Position numbers and translations under genes: made by a program. The notes beneath the pieces were generated by a model, which was not told where the DNA came from, searched no databases, and was given only the letters and a program-made list of their open reading frames with translations. DNA of 36,760 bases, taken from positions 1 to 36,760 of IMG/VR virus record IMGVR_UViG_3300036805_000152, one strand, 5' to 3'. The DNA is from a virus. Lineage: Duplodnaviria > Caudoviricetes. Shown in pieces: positions 1-8,075 of this stretch (position 1 is the stretch's first letter; each line of letters opens with the position of its first letter).

Positions 1-127
1 GCCCTCGCTTCGGGCAACGTTGTAGGCGTAGCTGGAACCTCTCCCGGAACCGGCGCGACTGCGCAGGCAGCGCTTGCCATTTATGGCAATGCAGCGGCTT
101 TGCTCGATTCCAACGCTTGCCCGCGCG
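1..127 (+). repeat. 127-nt terminal direct repeat (copy 1), circular assembly overlap
   Basis: Identical to 36634-36760. Confidence 0.95.
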
Positions 128-900
128 ATACCCGGCGTGCAGTCGTATTCGATGAGTACGCGCAGGCTGCCACGGTTCCGGCCCTGGCTGGTTTGCTAAG
201 CCCGACAAATGACATTGCCGATCAATATCGGAATGGCCAGATCGGGCGCGCGCTCGGCTTCAAGTTCGGTATGTCGCAGAACACTGCGGCATTCACCACG
301 GGCGCATTCGGTGGAACTCCGCAGGTTGCGACTCAGCCGACACCGCAGAGCGGCCCGAGCGGAACCACGCTCTCCACATCAACCGGCACCTTCGCCGTAG
401 CGACGAAGGGCTGGACCTCTTCGGCTGTCATCGGCAACGCTGGCGACGTGGTGTACTTCGCCACTTGCTACCTGGTCAACCCGGTTGGCAAGCAGCAGAA
501 GAAGGGTCTGAAGGGCTTCGTCCTCGCTCAGACCGCCACGGCTGACGGCTCCGGACTCTGCACCTTGCAGCTCACTGAGCCGATGATCACGACTGGCGCA
601 TGGCAGAACGTTTCAAACGTTCCCGCTGTGAACGCTGCCATTACGTTTGCTGGACCGGCCTCGACCGTCTCGACCCAGAACCTCGCGTTCCACCAGGATG
701 CGATCACTCTGGCTTGCGTCGATCTGCCGTTGCCCGCAGGTGTGCATATGGCGGCGCGCAAGAGCGATAGCCAGTTGAACATCTCCATGCGGTTCATCGC
801 GGCCTACAACATCTCGACCGATCAGTTCATTGGACGTTTCGACGTTCTCTGCGGTTGGGCTGTGTTGCGTCCGGAATGGGTCACCCGCATCCTCGGCTAG
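1..900 (+). CDS. P22-type major capsid protein, 3' part
   Basis: Frame-1 ORF ending NLAFHQDAITLA...RFDVLCGWAVLRPEW, typical P22 gp5-family C-terminus. Confidence 0.9.
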   Translation, partial: ALASGNVVGVAGTSPGTGATAQAALAIYGNAAALLDSNACPRDTRRAVVFDEYAQAATVPALAGLLSPTNDIADQYRNGQIGRALGFKFGMSQNTAAFTTGAFGGTPQVATQPTPQSGPSGTTLSTSTGTFAVATKGWTSSAVIGNAGDVVYFATCYLVNPVGKQQKKGLKGFVLAQTATADGSGLCTLQLTEPMITTGAWQNVSNVPAVNAAITFAGPASTVSTQNLAFHQDAITLACVDLPLPAGVHMAARKSDSQLNISMRFIAAYNISTDQFIGRFDVLCGWAVLRPEWVTRILG

Positions 901-907
901 TTTCCAC

Positions 908-945
908 GGAGGGGCGCAGCTTCGGCGCGCTCCTCCTTTCTTTTT
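908..945 (+). terminator. Intrinsic terminator after coat gene
   Basis: GGAGGGGCGC-AGCTTCGGC-GCGCTCCTCC stem with cUUCGg loop, then TTTCTTTTT. Confidence 0.8.
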
Positions 946-957
946 AGGACTTTCAAA

Positions 958-2316
958 ATGAAAATGATTCGTGCGGCTCTAGCCGTGATTCTCTTCGCGG
1001 GCCTGGCGCTCGCACAAATCAAGACGGGCGGGAATGTCACGGTACCGGCTTCCGGCGCTCCGCTTTCCCTCTCGCTGACGGCTGTTACTCCTGCTGGCAC
1101 TTGCGCACTGGGACAACCGAACCAGTTCAACTACCTCACTGGCCACACGTGGGCCTGCACGGGCGCGCCTGGTGCGCAGGTTTTGACTGATATCACGGCG
1201 CAGCGCAGCGGCAATCGCGTGTGTTCACTCGGCGATTCGCTAAGCGGCCTCAACGCTACCGATACGCGATGGGCACCCACGTTCCTGACTTACGCAGTAC
1301 TCGTGTCCAAGGGACAAATGCAGTTTGTGCACAACGGCGGCATAAGCGGGCAGACCTCCGATCAGATCCTCGCGCGCATTGTCGAAGTGACCGGCGCAGC
1401 TTGCGACAAGGTGTACGTCGAGGCGGGCAGCAACGATATCGCGGCAGGTTCCACGGCTGCCGTGGTCGAAGCCAATCTGACCCAGATGTACGCGCAGATC
1501 CTTGCAGCGGGCGAATTGCCGATTGCGACTACCATTCCTCCTCGCGGGACCTTCTATGCGCAAGTCAACACGCTCAATGCGTGGATTCGGCGCACTGCGC
1601 TGAAGCTCGAAATACCGCTGTTCGATATGTACGCTCCAGTGACGGATGCGACGACGGGCGGCTACAAAACCGGGTATTCCGGCGATGCGATCCATCCACA
1701 AGGTGTAGCGGTTCGCCTGGTTGGGACGCAAGCATTCGCCGATGTGCAAAGCGTGCTGCCTGCCGCGCACACGCTGTTACCGGCCAGCAATTCGGACCCC
1801 ACGAACATCGTCACGAACGCGCTGATGATCACATCGAGCGGCGGCGTGCCTGCTGGCTGGACTACCTCGTCTCCTGCCGCGCATACGGCGTTCAGCGTGT
1901 CGACGGACACGAATCTCGCGGGAAATGCGTTTGTAATGACCAAAACGGTCGCTGGCACGTCCGACAACGATTCCGCCTCGTTCACCCTCGTCAACAATGC
2001 GGCAGTGATCCCTGGCCACACTTATGCGTTTACGGGCCGCATCGTCACGTCGGGCAATGAAACCGGAAACCTGATTCTGCAAGTGTCGCTCGACACGTAT
2101 ACGAGTGGCTTCGCCACAAACCCGTTGAGCATCTACCCGGTGTACGCCTATAATCCCGGCGTCGACATTCCGGCTGGTCAGTGGTACATGGAATTTGTCA
2201 TGCCGGCGAACGTCACTATCTTCGACGTGTCGGTCGCGCTCGGAAACGGGACGGGCGTCGTGAAGGTCGGACAAATCGGTCTCTACGATCTAACTGCGCT
2301 CGGCCTTTCCAACTAA
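958..2316 (+). CDS. SGNH/GDSL hydrolase with N-terminal signal peptide and C-terminal beta-sandwich (CBM-like) region
   Basis: GDSLS, GISG, GSND and DAIHP blocks; MKMIRAALAVILFAGLALA|Q leader. Confidence 0.85.
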   Translation: MKMIRAALAVILFAGLALAQIKTGGNVTVPASGAPLSLSLTAVTPAGTCALGQPNQFNYLTGHTWACTGAPGAQVLTDITAQRSGNRVCSLGDSLSGLNATDTRWAPTFLTYAVLVSKGQMQFVHNGGISGQTSDQILARIVEVTGAACDKVYVEAGSNDIAAGSTAAVVEANLTQMYAQILAAGELPIATTIPPRGTFYAQVNTLNAWIRRTALKLEIPLFDMYAPVTDATTGGYKTGYSGDAIHPQGVAVRLVGTQAFADVQSVLPAAHTLLPASNSDPTNIVTNALMITSSGGVPAGWTTSSPAAHTAFSVSTDTNLAGNAFVMTKTVAGTSDNDSASFTLVNNAAVIPGHTYAFTGRIVTSGNETGNLILQVSLDTYTSGFATNPLSIYPVYAYNPGVDIPAGQWYMEFVMPANVTIFDVSVALGNGTGVVKVGQIGLYDLTALGLSN

Positions 2317-2349
2317 GTTTCTTCTCTCTTCTTTTCCCTCATTCCCAAC

Positions 2350-3084
2350 ATGACAGTCCTGGATCTCATCAAGCGCAGCTTGCGCTTACTCGGCACGTAC
2401 AACGTTGGCGACGACGACCCCGAAGCAGCGGAAGCGCAAGCGGGACTCGTGGCACTCAATGCACTCGTAGACGCGTGGGGCTTGCAACGTCTCTCGATGT
2501 TCACGAGTTCCGGGACTGTCTATAACCTCCAGGCGGGCAAGGCTTCCTACACGATCGGGCCGAGCGGAGCGGATTGGACCGCACCCCGGCCCCTGTACCT
2601 CGACACTGCAACGGTAGTGATCCCTGGCACGCCCGACAACTATGAGCGGCCCCTGAAGGTCATCCCTGACGATCAGGCGTGGGCACGGCTGCGCATCAAG
2701 TCCCTGGCATCCACTCTGGTCACGGCAATGTACCTGCAGCCGGATTTCCCGAACGCCACGGTATTCCCCTGGCCCGTTCCGCAGAGCGCGCAGCAGATCA
2801 TCCTTTACACGCCAACGGCAATCTCCCAGTTCAGCGGCCTCACGCAAGCGATTTCACTGCCACCGGGCTATGCGCGCGCACTGCCGTACAACCTGGCGGT
2901 AGACCTCGCACCGGAGTTTGACAAAGAAGCTCCTCCCACCGTGCAGCGCATTGCAATCGACTCGATGGAAGCCGTGCGGCGCTGGAACATCACCCGCGCA
3001 ATGGGGCGCTTGCGCTGTGATCCCGCTTTGACCGTCACGGATCACGGCGGCCATTTTGACTGGACGATCGGGGAGACCCGCTAG
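2350..3084 (+). CDS. Head-to-tail adaptor, P22 gp4-like
   Basis: MTVLDLIKRSLRLLG...ALNALVDAW...YNLAVDLAPEF; position before gp10-like gene. Confidence 0.8.
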   Translation: MTVLDLIKRSLRLLGTYNVGDDDPEAAEAQAGLVALNALVDAWGLQRLSMFTSSGTVYNLQAGKASYTIGPSGADWTAPRPLYLDTATVVIPGTPDNYERPLKVIPDDQAWARLRIKSLASTLVTAMYLQPDFPNATVFPWPVPQSAQQIILYTPTAISQFSGLTQAISLPPGYARALPYNLAVDLAPEFDKEAPPTVQRIAIDSMEAVRRWNITRAMGRLRCDPALTVTDHGGHFDWTIGETR

Positions 3085-4523
3085 TGGCGCAGTTTCAGGG
3101 TTTTTGCGGCGGCACCTACACGGGGCGCGCTCTCGCGATTGACGGCGAGAGGGCCATCAACTTCTACCCGGAGCGGATGGAATCGCAGGGTGCGGTAGAG
3201 AAAACGCAATACGCCTTATTCAGTAAGCCTGGACTGCAGCAGTTCGCCACGTTTCCCAATGCGGATAGCGTTCAGGCGCTCTGGTCCGAAAACGGCCGGC
3301 TCTTCGCTGTCGCAGGCGGCGTGTTCTATGAAGTGCTGCCGGATGGCAGCCACACGGGCTACGGCAGTGTGGGCACGGGACGCGTGCAGATGTGCGCCTC
3401 GCAGTCTCAGGTACTCATCCTTGCAACGAACAAGGGCTACATCTTCGATCTGATTCTGAAGACGCTGACCCAGATCACGGCAACCGGCTTTCCGGCAGGC
3501 GCTTCGAAATGCGGCTTCTCCGATGGCTACTTCGTTGTGCTCGAACCGGCAAGCCAGGTGTTTGCTATCTCGGCGCTGAACGATGGAACCCAGTGGGACG
3601 CGCTCGATTTCGGAGACGCGGAGGGCGAACCCGGCAACGTGGTTTCCTTCATCGTTGACCACCGGCAGATGTGGTTCCTTTGCACGACGCACGGCGAGGT
3701 TTACTACAACTCCGGCAACGCGAATTTCCCCTACGCGCGGCTGGAAGGCGCGTTCATGGAGCAGGGCACGTCCGCAATCGACTCGCCCGCGAAGTGCGAC
3801 AACACGATCTTCTGGCTCGGCGGCAACCGCGACGGCGCCGGAATCGTTTGGCGTGCCAACGGGTACACCCCGCAGCGTGTTTCGAACCACGCGATCGAAG
3901 CACTGATTGAAAGCTTCGGCGATATCAGCGATGCAACGGCCTACTGCTATCAGGAGGGCGGCCACACCTTCTACCGTCTCGATTTCCCGAGCGCGAACGA
4001 AGGGCTTGGCGCAACGCTCCTGTACGACGTGGCAAGCGGGTTTTGGCATGAGCGGACCTATCTGGTCAACGGAATCGAGCAAGCGGACCTGGCACGGTGC
4101 CATGCCTATTGCTTCGGCCTGCACATCGTCGGCGACTATCAGAGCGGAACGCTCTATATCCAGTCGATGAGCTACAACACGGATGCTGGCGCTCCCATCC
4201 GTCGCTTGCGTGCGGCCCCGGATATTTCAGATGGCGGCCTGTTCCGCTTCTACAGTGAGCTGCGCTTACTCATGCAAGTGGGCATGGGTTTGGATGGCAC
4301 CGGCCAAGGCACGGACCCGCAGATTATCTTGCAGTGCTCGAATGACGGCGGCTTCACCTGGGGCAACGAACGCTCGAAGAGCTGCGGGAAAATCGGGCAG
4401 TTTAAGAAGCTGGTCCGCTGGAAGCAGCTCGGGCGCTCGCAGAACCGCTGTTTCCGCATCATCATCACGGAACCGATCTTCGTAGCCATCATCTCAGCAG
4501 ATCTGGACAGCAGCAATGGCTAA
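3084..4523 (+). CDS. Packaged DNA stabilization / tail hub protein, P22 gp10-like
   Basis: 479 aa beta-rich; INFYPE, DGYFV, SNDGGFTW, WKQLG motifs; position. Confidence 0.85.
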   Translation: MAQFQGFCGGTYTGRALAIDGERAINFYPERMESQGAVEKTQYALFSKPGLQQFATFPNADSVQALWSENGRLFAVAGGVFYEVLPDGSHTGYGSVGTGRVQMCASQSQVLILATNKGYIFDLILKTLTQITATGFPAGASKCGFSDGYFVVLEPASQVFAISALNDGTQWDALDFGDAEGEPGNVVSFIVDHRQMWFLCTTHGEVYYNSGNANFPYARLEGAFMEQGTSAIDSPAKCDNTIFWLGGNRDGAGIVWRANGYTPQRVSNHAIEALIESFGDISDATAYCYQEGGHTFYRLDFPSANEGLGATLLYDVASGFWHERTYLVNGIEQADLARCHAYCFGLHIVGDYQSGTLYIQSMSYNTDAGAPIRRLRAAPDISDGGLFRFYSELRLLMQVGMGLDGTGQGTDPQIILQCSNDGGFTWGNERSKSCGKIGQFKKLVRWKQLGRSQNRCFRIIITEPIFVAIISADLDSSNG

Positions 4524-5016
4524 TAGTGAGACGGTCACGCTGCAACCGGCCCCGCTTCGTGCTCCGATGTTTCGCAACGGAGTGATGACGGAAGCGTGGT
4601 TGCGCTACTTCCAACAGCTTTTCTATGTGGGCGGGCAAGTTACCACGAACTCGGAGCACATTCTGGACCTCCAGGAAAGCGAACCGAGCTTTGATGACCG
4701 CACCCCACGCGACTTCACCCCGGCGATCGAAGCGGCGGTAGTCCGTTCGTCTTCGGATGCCCCACGCGACTTCACCCCGGCGATCGAAGCGGCGGTAGTC
4801 CGTTCGTCTTCGGATGCCCCACGCGACTTCACCCCGGCGATCGAAGCGGCCCAAGTGTTCCACCAGGGCGATGCTTCCGCGCGTGTGGATGTAGACGAGC
4901 TGCGCGCACTCGCTTTATTCGCTACCCCACCGGGCGGCGCTTCCGGCACCTTCACCACGGCAGACGGCAAGACCGTCACCGTGCAGGGCGGACAAATCAC
5001 TTCCATCGTTTTTTAA
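4516..5016 (+). CDS. Putative tail needle/plug-type protein (gp26 position) with 19-aa repeats
   Basis: Follows gp10-like gene; WLRYFQQL N-terminal motif; internal repeats. Confidence 0.55.
   Translation: MANSETVTLQPAPLRAPMFRNGVMTEAWLRYFQQLFYVGGQVTTNSEHILDLQESEPSFDDRTPRDFTPAIEAAVVRSSSDAPRDFTPAIEAAVVRSSSDAPRDFTPAIEAAQVFHQGDASARVDVDELRALALFATPPGGASGTFTTADGKTVTVQGGQITSIVF
4703..4850 (+). repeat. 57-bp tandem repeat x2.6 (PRDFTPAIEAAVVRSSSDA)
   Basis: Identical units starting at 4703, 4760, 4817. Confidence 0.95.
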
Positions 5017-5028
5017 GGATGTTCCAAA

Positions 5029-5373
5029 ATGGCTTTGACTTCTAAGTGTCTCTGTGAAGGGACGCAGCTCGGCACCGCTGCCAGCACGCTCTACACTGCC
5101 CCGGCTAACACCATCGCAACCCTGAAGAAGGTAACGCTCACGAACACGAGCGCGGGCGCTCTGACGTACACGCTGTACGCGGTACCAACTGGCGGCACCG
5201 CTGGCCCAAGCAACACCATTGCCAGCGCGCGGAACATCGCGGCAGGGCAAACGGTTGAAGTGTACGACCTGTGCAACCACGTGCTCAACACGGGCGATAG
5301 CGTCCAGGGCCTTGCAAGCGGCGCAACTGCCGTGTCGATTCGTATCTCGGGGTTCGAGCAGGTACTTCAGTAA
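5029..5373 (+). CDS. Small virion structural protein (beta-rich)
   Basis: AAGGA SD; TLYTAPANT...LNTGDSVQG pattern common in podovirus tail modules. Confidence 0.7.
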   Translation: MALTSKCLCEGTQLGTAASTLYTAPANTIATLKKVTLTNTSAGALTYTLYAVPTGGTAGPSNTIASARNIAAGQTVEVYDLCNHVLNTGDSVQGLASGATAVSIRISGFEQVLQ

Positions 5374-5549
5374 TGCTGTACCTGGCGGGCGTGCCCGTTG
5401 AACCCGTGTCGCATGCTTTCGGCGCGCTGACCGTGACTGTGCAAACGGAGACCGGCAAGCAGCAGACTGTTCAGATTTCAGATCTAACCGCAGATGGCGG
5501 CCGCGCGGAGATCCAGGCCGCAATTACGACCGTGAGAACGGGCGGATGA
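5373..5549 (+). CDS. Hypothetical 58-aa protein (not in ORF track)
   Basis: MLYLAGVPVEP...VRTGG; TAATG and ATGA overlaps with both neighbours. Confidence 0.7.
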   Translation: MLYLAGVPVEPVSHAFGALTVTVQTETGKQQTVQISDLTADGGRAEIQAAITTVRTGG

Positions 5550-6013
5550 TCGAGTTCGAACGCACCACCGACTACGCTCTGGTGCGCGCGATTCTCACGC
5601 ATCCGGCCATCTATCCGCACATCACAGACGACGGCTGCCCCGCAGCGGACCAGTTCCAGGTGCTCGAACATCCGAGTATCTGGTACGTTCTGGTCCGAGA
5701 CGGCGCGGAAGTGCTTGGACTCTGGATGTTCGCACCGCAGGGTGCGGCGTGTTGGGAAGTACACACGTGCTTATTGCCGTGCGCCTATGGCGATCGAGCA
5801 AAGCAAGCTTCTCGCGCGATGGCTGAGTGGATCTTCACACACACCCCTTGCCAGCGCATCGTTACCACCGTACCCGCATATAACCGTCTCGCTCTCCGGT
5901 TTGCTGAACGCGCAGGCATGACCCGCTTCGGCACAAATGAGCGCAGCTACCTGAAGGGCAATACCCTTCACAACCAAATTCTCTTAGGACTTTCAAAGTG
6001 CCAGCAGCAATAG
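5546..6013 (+). CDS. GNAT-fold protein, P22 gp14-like
   Basis: WEVHTCLLP, NRLALRFAERAGM; position just before gp7-like gene. Confidence 0.78.
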   Translation: MIEFERTTDYALVRAILTHPAIYPHITDDGCPAADQFQVLEHPSIWYVLVRDGAEVLGLWMFAPQGAACWEVHTCLLPCAYGDRAKQASRAMAEWIFTHTPCQRIVTTVPAYNRLALRFAERAGMTRFGTNERSYLKGNTLHNQILLGLSKCQQQ

Positions 6014-6762
6014 CAATTCCGGCCATCATGGGCGCAGTCGGTATCGGCAGCTCCATAGCCAGCGGCGTGATGGGATCGAATGCGGCGAGTGACGCGGCAG
6101 ACGCGCAAGCGAGTGCCGCCAAATACGCAGCAGACAAACAGGCGCAATCAGCAGCCGATTCACTCGCGTTCCAAAAAGACGTTTTCAGTGTCGACCAGAC
6201 GAACCTGAAGCCTTATCTGGCAGCGGGCGCTACGTCGCTTTCGCAGCTCACCGCTGGTACAGCACCTGGCGGCGAGTTCAATTCTTCCCCCACGGCTGAC
6301 CAGATCCTCGCGCAAGATCCCGGCTATGCGTTCCGGCTCCAACAGGGCAGCCTGGCGCTCGAACGAGCGGAGTCGGCGGGCGGCAGCGTGGGATCGGGCG
6401 GCGCGCTCAAAGCGGCGGCGGCATACGGGCAAGACTACGCTTCGGGCGAGTTCAGCAACGCTTACAGCCGTTACATGACCACCCGGCAGAGCAATTACAA
6501 CAACCTGGCGAGTATCGCTGGTTTGGGGCAAACGGCCACGGGACAGGATGCCAGCGCAGGCCAAAGCGCGGCCTCGAACATCTCGAACATCAATACAACC
6601 TCGGCCAATATCGAAGGTCAAGACCTGATGGCGGCTGGAAATGCAACCGCTTCCGGGTATGTCGGGGCAGCGAACGCTTGGGGCGGCGCACTCAAGGGAG
6701 CGACAAACATCGGACTTTCGACACTCTCTCAAATAGGCAAGGCTTTACAGGACCAGGGATAA
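5998..6762 (+). CDS. DNA transfer/ejection protein, P22 gp7-like
   Basis: Ala/Gly/Ser-rich; LKPYLAAG, DPGYAFRLQQG, SGGALKA motifs. Confidence 0.82.
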   Translation: MPAAIAIPAIMGAVGIGSSIASGVMGSNAASDAADAQASAAKYAADKQAQSAADSLAFQKDVFSVDQTNLKPYLAAGATSLSQLTAGTAPGGEFNSSPTADQILAQDPGYAFRLQQGSLALERAESAGGSVGSGGALKAAAAYGQDYASGEFSNAYSRYMTTRQSNYNNLASIAGLGQTATGQDASAGQSAASNISNINTTSANIEGQDLMAAGNATASGYVGAANAWGGALKGATNIGLSTLSQIGKALQDQG

Positions 6763-6764
6763 CC

Positions 6765-8075
6765 ATGATCGACCCCAATATTGCGCTCTCGTACCGTCCG
6801 ACCGACCTCGGCATCGACACCCCGACACAGGTGATGACGTCCACGCAGCAACTCTCGAACCTGCAACAGGTTGGAAAAATGGAGCAGGCACAGACCACGG
6901 GCTTGACCCAGGAGAATGACGCCCGTGCGCTCCAGATGAAGACGGCGGCCGCGACGAACGCGGCGATTGCTGCCAATGCAAAACCGGATGCCAACGGCAA
7001 CGTAGTAATTGACCACGCGGGAGTGGTGAAGACACTCTCGCAGAACGGCATGGGGCTTGCCGCGCAGCAGTATCAGGATGCGCAGACAAAGCGCGACCAG
7101 GATTTAGCGAAGCTCACCGGTGACCAGCTCACCAATGCGGCCAAGCAACATCAAATGATCGAATCCGCACTTGGATCTGTGATCGGTTTGAAAGATCCGG
7201 CAGCGCGTCAAAAGGCATGGGACGAACAAGTCAAATTTGCCTACGACAACAAACTCGCAGCGAAGGGCACACTATCTCCGACTCCCCCAGACGACGCCAC
7301 GCTGCAAACAATGTTGTGGTCCTCGATGGATGGCCAGCAACAAATCCAGGAACGGCTTGCACAACAGAATGCAGCGTCAGCCGAGAAGCGGGCCGATGCA
7401 GCGGAAACCAAATCCGACGCTTACATGGATTACGTCACAGGGAAGAACCAGCCTAAACAGGCAGTGTTCACCAAGCAGTACGACAAAGACAATCACCCGA
7501 TCATGCAAGGTCCGGACGGCAAGCTGTATGTGGACACGTCCGTTACAGGCGCTCCGTATACCGATTCAACTACCGGTAAGGACCGCAAAGTAACACCGGA
7601 CGCAATGCTCGCGGACCGGCGCGCCAACGAGAAGGATTACGAAACCCAGGCGGGCGCGGAAATCAAAGCGCGGCAGGAAGCACAAGCCCTGCAAACGGCG
7701 CTGTCAGACGGACGCGGCTACGTCGATGAGAAGGGCAAGTACAAATCGTTTAGCTCGATGAAGCGCACGGATGGGCAAGACCTCACCGATGACGACAAGG
7801 CCGCCTACGTCCAGGACATGAAGCAGCGTCTTGCTGTTTCGCAGAACGCCATCGAAACCGCAGTCTCGAACAAGAACAACGCCATGCAGCGCAACGGCGT
7901 AACGCCGCAGGTTTCGACTCAGCAAGCGATCAACGCGTATCGCGGGCAGGGTGCACAGCAGAAGCCACCCGCCAACGTCATCGCGCAAATGCAGGTGGGC
8001 AAGGTCACCACTTTCAAAAACGGACAGAAGTGGATGAAGAACCAAGACGGTTCGGTTAAGCAAGTCACTCAGTAA
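6765..8075 (+). CDS. Ejection protein, gp20 position
   Basis: ATG 6765 (MIDPNIAL); Gln/Ala-rich helical protein between gp7-like and giant protein; TAATG coupling. Confidence 0.7.
   Translation: MIDPNIALSYRPTDLGIDTPTQVMTSTQQLSNLQQVGKMEQAQTTGLTQENDARALQMKTAAATNAAIAANAKPDANGNVVIDHAGVVKTLSQNGMGLAAQQYQDAQTKRDQDLAKLTGDQLTNAAKQHQMIESALGSVIGLKDPAARQKAWDEQVKFAYDNKLAAKGTLSPTPPDDATLQTMLWSSMDGQQQIQERLAQQNAASAEKRADAAETKSDAYMDYVTGKNQPKQAVFTKQYDKDNHPIMQGPDGKLYVDTSVTGAPYTDSTTGKDRKVTPDAMLADRRANEKDYETQAGAEIKARQEAQALQTALSDGRGYVDEKGKYKSFSSMKRTDGQDLTDDDKAAYVQDMKQRLAVSQNAIETAVSNKNNAMQRNGVTPQVSTQQAINAYRGQGAQQKPPANVIAQMQVGKVTTFKNGQKWMKNQDGSVKQVTQ

Noticed and set aside
1-127. 127-bp terminal repeat as biological phage termini
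   Set aside because: It falls mid-coat gene and its length matches a common assembler k-mer; it shows circularity only
1221-2060. 279-aa Arg-rich alternate-frame ORF inside the SGNH gene
   Set aside because: Composition typical of an off-frame read; the main frame carries the catalytic motifs
4703-4850. CRISPR-like array
   Set aside because: Units are fully identical with no unique spacers and are in-frame coding repeats
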